Assembly (NCBI RefSeq): GCF_964213995.1
Contig: NW_027590140.1
Location: forward strand, 1 to 64,000
Reading direction: 5' to 3'
DNA from: Mustelus asterias
Lineage: Eukaryota
Length of the DNA stretch: 64,000 nucleotides
A program made the translations under genes and the position numbers. This document shows, piece by piece, positions 48,101 through 58,980 of this stretch. Each line of letters begins with the position of its first letter. Within the stretch, counting starts at the first letter, position 1. The notes beneath the pieces were generated by a model. The model made no database searches. It saw only the letters and a list, made by a program, of their open reading frames with translations, and had not been told where the DNA came from.

Positions 48101-49850
48101 CCATAAATTAATGATTTCACATGTATTGTATCATTTTAAAGTGATCCAGTGGGTTAGTTGTTGCCCTTCTTAGGAGAGTTTCATCTGTCAGTTATTGTGT
48201 GTTACTCTGTGACCAGGGTTCGTTCCATTGTTCAAGGTGATTCAAAGAATATAGACATTCGCATGTTTAAGGGAGAGCCCGTTTGTTAGTTGCGACAAGC
48301 TATCCTGTGTCCAGGTTTGTCCTATTGATTCGGGTGATCGAATACTTAATGATTGATATTTTTCCGAGACCTGCCCGTGGATTGTACAGAGTCGCCATGT
48401 GGCCATTGTGTCCTCCATTTTATATCTTACATGAAAAAAATACAGATTTATATTTTGTTTTAGTGGTTTACACATCGCCGAGTCGATTATTTCTACCGTT
48501 CTTTTAGGTCCCTATGTGTTTTGGATTAGCCCCATTGGTTAAGGTGAACCTATGTCAATCCGCGGACCGTGTCCAGGGCACACGGTCTGAGAGTCTTTAT
48601 TTATGTGTGGATGTGGAAAATTCACTCACCCTAGGGCTGTAGGGTGCCAAGGCCAGATCCAGCTGAGGTTCATTTAGCTCCCATTCGTCCCACTTCCAAG
48701 GCTGGCGGTGGATAGTGTCAGGCCATTCTTGCATTTCCTCTCCAGTAGAGTCCCAACTGGGGTTTAATCTTGCTTATTTAGCTTGCATCCCGACCGGTTT
48801 CGCTGCTTCCTTACGCTTCATCAAGGGAAGGGAGAGTTGTTCTCACTGTCCTGTCCTTCGTGTGCTTTTCGTGGCCTTTTCGGATAGTGCGTCGTCCAGC
48901 AATTTTGGGGTGAGTGAGTGCTCTGTGTTCAGCTCGTGTTCCGTGCTACCTCTGCGGGTAAAGGAAGTTTCCCCTCTCCACCTGTACTGCATATGGGCTT
49001 AAGTAGCGCCAATTCTTGTCCCGGAGTGACAGGAAGCTGTTGAAACGCATTGGTTCTCTGTAGCTTTTGAATTCACCCCCTCCCAATCATTGACTGACAG
49101 GGAAACGGTGTGCTGTGTTCTCAGTTTTGTGTTCCCTCAATCTATGGTTCTGTGGTTAGGGCGGGTTGAGGATGTTTTTTGCTTGGATGGGCGGGTGTTT
49201 GTTTTTTTGGTTCTGCTTTCGAATCTCTGTTGTCCCCTTATGCCCTGTGTGGTAACCTCTTTTAATATTTTGGTTCCTGGTTCAGTCCTTGCGTTGCATT
49301 CCTGGTATTTTCCCCCTGTGATATTCTGTGCCAGTGGTGGTCTCTTGGTCTCTTTTTGGAGGCTTTGGCAGTGTCTGGCAGTCAATAAGCCTTCAAGTGT
49401 GGTTGCCTCTCGTCCTTGTATATGGTCTGGTCAGGAGCGTGGAGGGTAAGGGAGAGAAGCTTCTTCCTGGTTTTTCTTATTGATTCGTGAGGGGGAAAGT
49501 GGGAGGGTCGAGGTGAACCAAGCAGAGGGTTGGTGGGACATCTTTTGTAATGGTGTTGGGCTTGGGTAGTGGGGTTTTATTTGTGGGGCAGGGTGTCTTT
49601 TTGATGGTTTTGGGTACGTGTAGTGCTGTGGGGGGGGCGTGGGGGTGGGTGCTTCGTATCATCTGGGTGGTGTTGTGTTCTGGGGGATGCAATGAATCTT
49701 TTTGTCTGTAGCTTAGGGAGAGATTATTCTCTGTCGACGAGACTATTTGCTTTTTAAGTGGTGGAATATTTTCTTTGTTTCATTTTGGATTCTTTCCTTT
49801 CCCCTTTTTAAAGTCCGTATTCTTGTTTTTTTTATAGGCTTTATGTCACC

Positions 49851-49942
49851 GAGGGTTAGGGTTAATGTTAGGGTTCGGGTTAGTTAGTTATTTCGGGTTG
49901 GGGTTAGTTTTAGTGTCAAGGTTAGAGTTAGGGTTCGGGTTA
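49851..49942 (+). repeat. Degenerate (TTAGGG)n telomere-like tract
   Basis: agggttaggggttaatgttagggttcgggttag...aggttagagttagggttcgggtta. Confidence 0.8.
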
Positions 49943-50043
49943 CAATGTGCAAACTCCACACAGACAGTGACCGGAGGCCGGAATTGGACCCGGGTCCCTG
50001 GCGCTGTGAGGCAACAGTGCTAACCATTGTGTCACCTTGCCGT
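49943..50043 (-). mobile_element. HE1 SINE 5' fragment
   Basis: Only the tRNA-derived head and the start of the core are present. Confidence 0.8.
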
Positions 50044-50074
50044 TGTTGCAATAATCTCTTTGTTCTTCTAAATT

Positions 50075-50135
50075 TAATTAATGCGAAAGATCAAGCAACC
50101 TAATTATCTCCCTGGAGCATGACATCGCGTATAAA
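50075..50135 (+). promoter_or_regulatory. Putative core promoter of paralogue C
   Basis: TAATTA at 50075, TAATTA at 50101, TCCCTGGAG at 50109-50117, TATAAA at 50130 (57 nt before the ATG). Confidence 0.6.
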
Positions 50136-50186
50136 TGTGACAATTTTTCAATGTAGTGCAGACCACGATCAGCGCTTCTGTAAGAA

Positions 50187-50256
50187 ATGCATGGAATACC
50201 AGAAGGTCTGGTGTTTGCCATTTATTATCCAGTCATAGCAGCTATCGGAGTTTCAG
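50187..50256 (+). CDS. GPR139-like paralogue C, exon 1 (MHGIPEGLVFAIYYPVIAAIGVS)
   Basis: 70-nt exon ending TCAG|gtaaaa. Confidence 0.88.
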
Positions 50257-51979
50257 GTAAAATATCTCAGTTATTTAGTTGCTGGCGAAAAATATTGTTT
50301 GGTTGCATTAATTCCTCCACTTTATTACCACCTTATCTCAACAGCACCAAGTTCCTCCTCTCATTGAAAGGGATATAGGTTTCCCCGTCAAAGTTCTGTT
50401 TTCTGCCCTTTAACGTATTCCTCGAAAATGTCCCGTTTCTACTTCAGCAGACAATTCCTTATTTGGCATTATAATTTAACTATTCCCTGACATAATTTTT
50501 CGATGTTCATTCCATAAATTCTACAAATTTAACGGTATAATTTTACGTCCTCCCCACCGTAGTTTCTTCACATTAAATACATGATTTCACCGTGTTAACC
50601 TTATACAACCGTGCTGTGACAGGTACCATTTCATCAGTTGGTAATATAACCTGTCCCATTCACCAGTAACATCTGACAGTCGAAGTTTTACTGTGTTATT
50701 CATTCTGATTTACATTTCCGTTCTGTTATAATGGTTAAACACAATTCAATTTTGTTATTTATGTTTTGTTATTTATGTTTGTTGTTTATAAAGTTATTAT
50801 GATTGTTGTGTTGGCGTTGACAATATTCCTTTGGGCGAATTCTCAAACTGAGCAGCAGAGGTACACTGTGGTTGGCACTGCTGCCTCAGAGCACAATAAA
50901 CAGGGGGTCAATTCCAGAGATGTGTTGTCTGAGTGGAGTTTGCATATTCTTCGCATGTGTGCGTGAGGGTTTCCTCCAGGTGCCCAGAATACAAAACTGC
51001 GCAAGTTATGTAGATTTGCCGCGTAAAGAAGCACCTTAATGCCCATGGATGTGTACGTTAGTTGGATTAGCAATGGTAAATGCGCGGGATTACAGGGACA
51101 GGGCGGACAGAAGGGCATGGATGGGATGTTCTGACCGAACGTCAGGGATGGATATGTAGAAGGCTGAAATAATGCAAACAGTTACCCTTTGATGAATGAT
51201 TGTTATTTATCCCGAACTAACAACAATCTGTGCCTGCTCCCAGTGCCAAACACTCATTGGCTCAGCCCGGGAATCATATTTCACATTTGCTGCTCCTGAT
51301 TGCTTGATTCCTTTCTGTCCCAGAACCCAGCATCGTTTCAAATTGTTCTGTTCTCTGCAAAGAGTCAAGCAAAGTAACTCGTCAAATCTCTCGTTTTATA
51401 TTTCACCGGATATTTCAGATGATTATCAGGGATACAATTCAGTCTTGGCGCTGCTTCCTAAATCTGCAAGTTCCGACAACTGCTAACAATTGTCCTTTTA
51501 TTTGCCTTTGTTTGAGGATTTATTCGAGAAAATTCACTGCAAACGTTTCCAAAAGTAAATAATTTTGCTGTCATTCATGGAGCCATATTTAATACGCATT
51601 GAAATATAATCCGTGACCATATTAACTTCCGCACTTATTATTGGATATTTTCCAATTTATCTTCTCCAATATTTTTGAATTACTTGTTTACATGTCATTG
51701 TATTGTGCATTTAATTGTTCAGTTTTGGTTTTGATATTCTTTCCATTTCGCATTATTCCTCTCTCAGTTCTCATTAAAAATACAGTCACTTTCGTTAACA
51801 TTCCTCATTATTCATAAAGATATTGTTATTAAGCAGAAACAAGTGTCCCTGAGATCAGGTATAAATTTTGCATACATCACACAGAATGCAACATCATGGA
51901 TTGTTTTGTTGCGATGAATGTTCCACTTCCCATGCTTCGTCATGCACAAATTCTCACAATCTCTTTCCCTCTATTACAG

Positions 51980-52878
51980 CTAACACAGCAGTGATTTTGG
52001 TCCTCGCAAGAAAAAGTTGTGGTCTCTCCAGATGTATCACGTATTACCTTGTGTCCATAGCGGTGGTGGATCTCCTGCTCATAATATCTGCTGTGATATT
52101 AAACCGGATTGCGGGAATCTTTTTTCCATTGAGCTTCTTGTCTGTAACACCAGTTTGCAGCGTCCGTACAGTCCTACATTCTACCGCCATGGACAACTCT
52201 GTCTGGTTAACCGTCGCTTTCACGTTTGATAGATTTGTGGCTATTTGTTGCCAGAAGCTCAAAGTTAAATATTGTAATGAAAATGTGGCCACGTGGGTCA
52301 TTGGAATCGTGTCCACACTCGCCTGTGTAAAAAATGTCTTTGTGTACTTTATTTATGAACCCCTGTACATAATTAACGATGTACCCTGGTTCTGCAACGT
52401 AAAGTTAATATTTTACACATCCCCTTTCTGGGCTGCTTATGACTTGATGCGTTGTATTGTCACTCCTATCCTTCCATTCATTTTGATTTTGCTGCTGAAT
52501 GCTCTTACTGTAAGACACATTCTAGCGGCCAATAGAGCCCGCAGGAGACTCCGGGCCCAGAACAATGGAAAGAATCAGAGTGACCCAGAGGTGGAGAAGC
52601 GGAAAAAGTCCATTGTTTTACTCTTCACTATTTCGGGAAATTTCATCCTGTTATACTTGTTATTTTTTATAACTATCATCTATGTCCGAATTGCGAAAGG
52701 TACGTATTTCTCAGGTTCTGGTTTCAGTAATACATTTAATCTTGAGGAAACTGGATATATGCTTCTGTTTTTGTGTTCCTGCATTAACCCATTGATTTAT
52801 GCTGGGACTCAGAGTAAAATCAGAGCCGAGTTAAAGAATTTGGTGAAATATCCACTCAAACAATGTGTTAATTTTTAA
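51980..52878 (+). CDS. GPR139-like GPCR paralogue C, exon 2; join(50187-50256,51980-52878), 322 aa
   Basis: Acceptor ttccctctattacag|CT. Intact frame with YYLVSIAVVDLL, AFTFDRFVAICC and INPLIY. Confidence 0.9.
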
Positions 52879-52939
52879 AAATTTTGCGCATAGGCTGAAC
52901 TAATGTGAATGTTATTTATTCTCAGTCAACGAAATGTTC

Positions 52940-53330
52940 CTTTCCGTCCGTTCATTCCTCCGTCCGTCCTTCTCCCTCTCCCCATCCATCCATCCATCCG
53001 TCCGTTGGCCCGTCCATCCGCCCATCCATTCATCCNNNNNNNNNNNNNNNNNNNNNNNNNNNNNNNNNNNNNNNNNNNNNNNNNNNNNNNNNNNNNNNNN
53101 NNNNNNNNNNNNNNNNNNNNNNNNNNNNNNNNNNNNNNNNNNNNNNNNNNNNNNNNNNNNNNNNNNNNNNNNNNNNNNNNNNNNNNNNNNNNNNNNNNNN
53201 NNNNNNNNNNNNNNNNNNNNNNNNNNNNNNNNNNNNNNNNNNNNNNNNNNNNNNNNNNNNNNNNNNNNNNNATCTATTCATCTCTCTCTCTCTTCTCTCT
53301 CTCTCTCTACCTCGTTATCTATCTATTTGT
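52940..53330. repeat. (CCAT)n and (CT)n microsatellites flanking an assembly gap (53036-53271)
   Basis: Direct inspection. Confidence 0.9.
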
Positions 53331-53974
53331 CTGTCACATTTCACCATTATCGAGTGAGAGTGTGCAACCTTTTAAGAGGAGAGATTGCCTTTGAAAGCAA
53401 CGCAGTGCTTTGGATAGTGGTGCAGCGTGCTTCTGGGTGTGGAACATTTCTGGTGAATTAAGACTGCAAAGTACGAACGATTGAGATGTTGTTGCAAGGT
53501 AAAATCTGTCTGGTAATAGGTCAGATTTTACCGTTTACACTGCCAGTGATTTACGAAACTTTTCCCTCACTCCGAATTGTAAAGTACTTGGAAATATTTC
53601 TTTCCTGTTTCGAACCATCAGAGAGAAAGTGATAATTGTACTGCAACGTTCGTTGTTTGAAAATAATCCACAGGTCGGTTTCGTGACAAATGTGCGAAGA
53701 ATTCTGAAAGCCCAATCACTCTGAAATTGATAACATTTGGAAATGTTTTTGTAAAAATAAAATACTACTGATGCTGGAATCTGAAACACAAACAGAAAAT
53801 AACGGAAAATCTCAGCAGGTCTGCCAGCACTTGTGATGAGAGAATCGAGCCGTTGTGTCGAATCAGGAAGTCCGACGAAGGGTCATCCAGACTTGAAATG
53901 TTGGTTCCACTCTCTCTCCACAGATGCTATCATACCGGCTGAGTTTTTCCAGAAATTTCTGTTTTTCTGGTAAA

Positions 53975-54047
53975 TATTCCTGCCCCAGATCGAACAGGAA
54001 CCCTTTCGCGTGTAAAGCGACCGTGATACTCACTACACGACAGAAAC
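53975..54047 (-). pseudogene. tRNA-Val(TAC) pseudogene
   Basis: Reverse complement gtttctgtcgtgtagtgagtatcacggtcgctttacacgcgaaagggttcctgttcgatctggggcaggaata (73 nt). Confidence 0.75.
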
Positions 54048-55120
54048 GCTCAGATGCCCTGATATTCAGAAACTGACGCCACAAACACGTCAATTGCCCA
54101 CAGCAACTGTGATTTACATTGTGTCTGCTGGTATCTCAAATTAATCAGGTAACGGGGAAGTGGTGGAAAGGATATTGAAAGAAGGAACATTGAATTAAAA
54201 TTGTATCGAAATTAAAGACCAGTACACCATTCCTATATTACTGACTCTGAAATACAAATGAATGCCATCATTTAAGTACTTCGTTAAGGAACTAATTTGG
54301 AATTAATCTGTATTATTGCAGTGCTGTTAATAAAGTCAGTAATAGACAGTCTGTTGCTGGGAGTTTGATTATCTGCTGTCTGAAACCAAAATATTCAATA
54401 TTTCGAGTGAAAAAGATGAACAAGGAAACACGTCAGTGCCGAATATTCCAGCTGGATATTCACAGGAGAAAGTCTGTTTTCTAACACGTCCAGTAGAAAG
54501 AACAGAGAAAGATCCATCTGGAAGAAACCCTTCCATCATTTGTAAATATATTTCTAATGTTGACAGGTTCCAACAGTCAGTTTCCATCACATTGAAGTCA
54601 ACGGAAGGTGGGAGATAGAGTCATAGAGTCATAGAATCATGGAGGTTTACAGCATGGAAACAGGCCCTTCGGCCCAACTTGTCCATGCCGGCATTTTTTC
54701 TAAACCCTAAGCTAATCCAAATTGCCTGCATTTGGCCCATATCCCTCTATACCCATCTTATTTTCAACATTTTCAACAAAATATTTTCAACCAAAACAGA
54801 ATGGTTCAAAGTTCCAGAGTGAAATGTAACTTGATGTTACTTACATTCGTAGATTCAGGAAAGTCACACAAACATTTTCAGTCTGGAAACTTAAACCTGC
54901 CATTTCACTCTCAGGAACAGCCCAATTTTACACCAACCTCTGATTTTACAGCACGTTTGCAGTATTCAACATTGCTCTCCTGACTCCGAACACAGTTGTA
55001 AAGGAGCTTCTCTTCCGTGTCTCGGAGCTCTGAACCATGGAAGAGAGCGGCTCGCACACATTCCTTACACACCTCAGGATTAACCTCCAAGTTCAGTCCT
55101 GGGCGTGAGTAACTGCAGCA

Positions 55121-55712
55121 ATGTAAGAAGTCTCGCAACACCAGGTTAAGATCCAACAGGTTTATTTGGAATCACGGGCTTTCGGAGCGCTGCTTCTTCA
55201 TCAGGTGCGTGGAGGTTAGTTCGCAAGCACAGCATATATAATGAAAGACACAACTGCAAGATAGTTACAGATTGGTATGTGAAGAGTGATTTAATATGAG
55301 TCTTTATAGGTAAATATAAAGTAAATAATCAAGTTTTTATAGGTGCGAACAGTGTGAGTGGAGCGAGGGACAATTACAAGTTGAAGGGGTGTGAATTGTC
55401 TCAAACCAGGTCAGTTCGTAGGACTTTGCAAACCCAGGCAGTATGGTGAGGGTTACAAGTAGTGCGACATACACCCAAGATCCCGGTTAAGGCCGTCCTC
55501 ATGCATGTTGAACTTGGCTATCAGTTTCTGCTCGGCGATTCTGCGTTGCCATATGTCTTGAAAGCCGCCTTGGAGAACGCTTACCCGAAAACTGGAGGCT
55601 GAATGTCCTGGACTGCTGAAGAGCTCCCCAACTGGAAGGGAACACTCCCGCCTGGCGATTGTTGTGCAGTGTCCGTTCAACCGTTGCCGTCATGTCTGCA
55701 ATGTCCTCCGCT
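55121..55712 (-). mobile_element. 5'-truncated Penelope-like element (GIY-YIG C-terminus plus 3' repeat with minimal hammerhead)
   Basis: RMNGH..PVGELFSSPGHS..RRIAEQKLIAKF..HEDGLNRD is the typical PLE GIY-YIG end; cacCTGATGA..GAAA lies at 55173-55207. Confidence 0.88.
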
Positions 55713-56235
55713 CATTTGTGAACACGCTGGTGTGCCAGGAAGTGGTTGGAATCCCTTCCCACACTCAGAGAAGGTGAACGGCCTCTCCTTGGTGTGACGT
55801 TGTTGGTGTGTGAGCAGATCGGATGACTGAATTAATCCTATCCCACTATCCGGGTATATGAACCGTCTCACTCCAGTCTGAAGCTGTTGTTGTATTCACA
55901 GATCCGTCTTGTTTTAAAGCTCTTTTCACAACCAGAACATTATAAAGGACTCTGATCACTCTGATCAAGTTTATGCTTAGTGAGCTGGGATGACTAAGCG
56001 AATCCTTTCCCACAAACAGAGCAGGTGACTGCATTCTCCTCTGTGTGAACTCATTCATGTGCCAGCGGGTCAAATGAGTAAGCAAATGCCTTCGCACATT
56101 TAAAACATCAGAACAGCTTCTCCCCAGTATGAACTTGCTGGTGTGTTGACAGAAGGGACAACTGATTAAATCCATCTCCACCCTTCGCGACGGTGAATGA
56201 CCTCTCCCCAGTTTGACTGCGTTGATAATTTCCCA
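55712..56235 (-). pseudogene. C2H2 zinc-finger gene remnant
   Basis: [20 protein letters not shown] and further degenerate TGE-linker fingers, with stops and frameshifts. Confidence 0.75.
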
Positions 56236-57233
56236 GTTCAAGGAATAAAGAGTATAAATAGGGAAAATATTTTAATTTAGTATGTTTTCCTTGAAGTTCT
56301 GTCTTTTTATTACAATGCGGTTTTAAAAGGATTTCAACAAGTTTATCAGTTCATTTGTTTTACTAGTATATGAAAAATAGAAAACCGCTCTCAGACCTCA
56401 CTGATTTCTATCCAAAGTGGAACCACAGGAAGGGGAGGCTCCACAAACATCCCCACCCTCAATGATGGGGTCCAGCACATCACGGCCGTGTTTTGTGTTT
56501 ACTGACCCGGATGTGTTATCAATGCCTTCCCTGGTTCCCAAGGCTTGGAAAGACATTTTGGAAGGTATGAGTTCAAGAGAATAGCTGAAGGTCCAAGAAA
56601 TGAAATGATCTAGACAGTTAGAAAGGAGAAAATAATAAAGATGAAGCATTGAGTGACAGTCAGTGACAGGTTAGCAATTCATCTGCTCCTATCCTGGAGA
56701 AATGACTCTCTGCCTGAAACAATATTAGTTCATTTGACACATATCGGAATATTCAAAAGCAGCAAGTTATGGAGATTATTAACGTCAGCATGAAGAAACT
56801 CCAGCTCTCAGATTGAACATTTTTCAGGTTTTGATGTGATTAATCTGGAATTAAAAGTGTAATGATGACCATGAAACCATTATCGACTGTTGCAAAACCC
56901 CATCCGGTTCACTAATGTCATGGGGGAAGGAGATCTGCCGTCCTTAGCTGGTTTGGCCGACATGTGACTCCAGAGCCAGAGTAATGTGGTTGATCCTTAA
57001 ATGTCCTCTCAAATGGAGGCTCCTCCGTCTGCCGTCATGGATTGGTGAGCGAAGGCACTCTGAGCTGATTGGATGAAATGGAGGGTAATGAATTTGTGAG
57101 CTGATTGGGTGTCTCCCGCTGGCTCTGTCAGAAACGAGCCAATCGCTTGAGGCCGGATATTTCTCAACATTTTCTGAACCCTGAAATAAATATGGAGCTT
57201 GAACTCACTGAGTTCAGATCCAGCATCATCTCT

Positions 57234-57760
57234 ATGAAGACATTGTGTGTTAGTCTTTACCAGTTCCTCACAGCTTCAACTCTTTTAACTGTTCCCAAGT
57301 TGCACATTCTGCCGCTTGCTCGCGATACTGACATAGAAATCTTTCCATTGAACTGTTTTTCCATCTATTTGTAATATATTCAATTACCTAAATCCCGTTG
57401 TTTCTGACAAAGTGATAAGAAAAATTAAATTTCGTATTTCTATTCTTTTTTGCAGGTGTGAGTGCTGCAGGTTTTGTCTCCCAGGGTCCGGTTACAGCGA
57501 TAAGGTTTGAAGGAGAATCGGTGTGTATTGATTTCAGCTATTCCACCACAGCGGCTGCATATTCTTTTCAGTTTTACCACCAGGACCTGGATATAGTCCC
57601 CACATTCTTGATCTACATCCCCAGTTACGAAGATGTTGTCAGAGCAGAGGGCGTGGGGGCTCGATTTGCTGCATCTTTGAACACTTCGAAAAATCAGGGA
57701 AATTTCACCACGTGAGCTGCAGCTGTCTGACAGCGCGGTTTATTACAGCGGACTGAGAGA
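57234..57760 (+). pseudogene. TCR alpha/delta-type V segment pseudogene (leader about 57234-57291, V exon 57456-57760)
   Basis: VSQGP..EGESV..YHQ..RFAAS..(frameshift)..LQLSDSAVYYS. Cys23, Trp41 and Cys104 are all substituted and the leader donor is defective; an RSS follows. Confidence 0.82.
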
Positions 57761-57799
57761 CACAGTGACCAGAACCAGAGGAAGCCTCGTGCAAAGTAA
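57761..57799 (+). other. Recombination signal sequence, 23-bp spacer
   Basis: CACAGTG + 23 nt + GCAAAGTAA (weak nonamer). Confidence 0.8.
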
Positions 57800-58439
57800 C
57801 TACCGCAGTGTGACAAAGGGAATAGCTGGGCAGAAGGGGAAAACCTGGAATTTCCAAACCTACCTGTAGATTGCTCTGATTTAAAATGAACCCAAATTAT
57901 TAGCAAGTCGAGAGCAACAGGTACTGCACTGGGAAACGTTTCCTCTGTCCCACTTTTGTCGAATACATGAACATAACGTGAAGATGAGTTTGAAATAATC
58001 ATTGTTTTTAAAATTAAAGATATTGTTATAAAAGAGCTGTGGAAAATATCTGATATTTGACATGTCGCAAGGAGAAATACGACACAAGAATTGAAGCTAA
58101 GCAAATGGAAAGACAGTGAGTGAATCAAAAGCAGAGACCGTGGTAGATATAGGTACATAGATAGGGTGAGACGGATTGAGATTCGGGGAGGTAAAGAGGA
58201 AGCGGAATGATAGAAATGAGCGAGAAACAGAGATAAATAGTGGGACTGACACGGAGTGAAAAAAAGGCGGAGGCAGGAAGGGAATTAGATGAAGAAACGG
58301 TGAAGAAACGAAGAGAGACAAGAAGGCTGTGAACACTAGAAACAGAGAGCTATACAGTGAGATAAACGAGGGGGCGCATTGAGAAACGCAATGTCCAGAA
58401 TTGAATCAGGAATTCCAGATGGAGAAATAAAATAACATA

Positions 58440-58980
58440 ATATAGAAACATAGAAAAACTACAGCACAATACAGGAAAGTTCTGTCGAACATGTCCCCAC
58501 CTTAGCGATTACTAGGCTTACCTATAACCCTCTATCTTACTAAGTTCCATGTACTTATCTAAAAGTCTCTTAAAAGATCCTATTGAATCCGCCTCCACCA
58601 CCGTTGCTGGCAGCCCATTCCACGCACCCACCACCCTCTGAGTGAAAAACTTACCCCTGACATCTCCTCTGTACCTACTCCCCAGCACTTTTAACCTGTG
58701 TCCCCGAGTGGTAACCATTTCAGCCCTGGGAAAAAGCCTCTGACTATCCACTCGATCAATACCTCTCAACAGGTCACCCCTCATCCTTCGTCTCTCCAAG
58801 GAGAAAAGGCCGAGCTCACTCAACCTATCCTCATAAGGCATGCTCCCCAACCCAGGCAACATCCTTGTAAATCTCCTCTGCACCCTTTCTATGGCTTTCA
58901 CATCCTTCCTGTAATGAGGCGACCTGAACTGAGCACAGTGCTCCAAGTGTGGTCTGACCAGGGTCTTATATAGCTGCAAA
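58440..58980 (-). mobile_element. CR1 3' end (same subfamily as 20550-23165)
   Basis: LQLYKTLVRPHLEH..ERVQRRFTRMLPGL..RGKFFTQRVV. Confidence 0.92.

Noticed and set aside
51868-51979. N-terminal extension of ORF 51868-52878 (also the read-through parts of ORFs 25805-26203 and 50187-50378)
   Set aside because: Intronic read-through; conserved splice sites in all three paralogues define the real exons.
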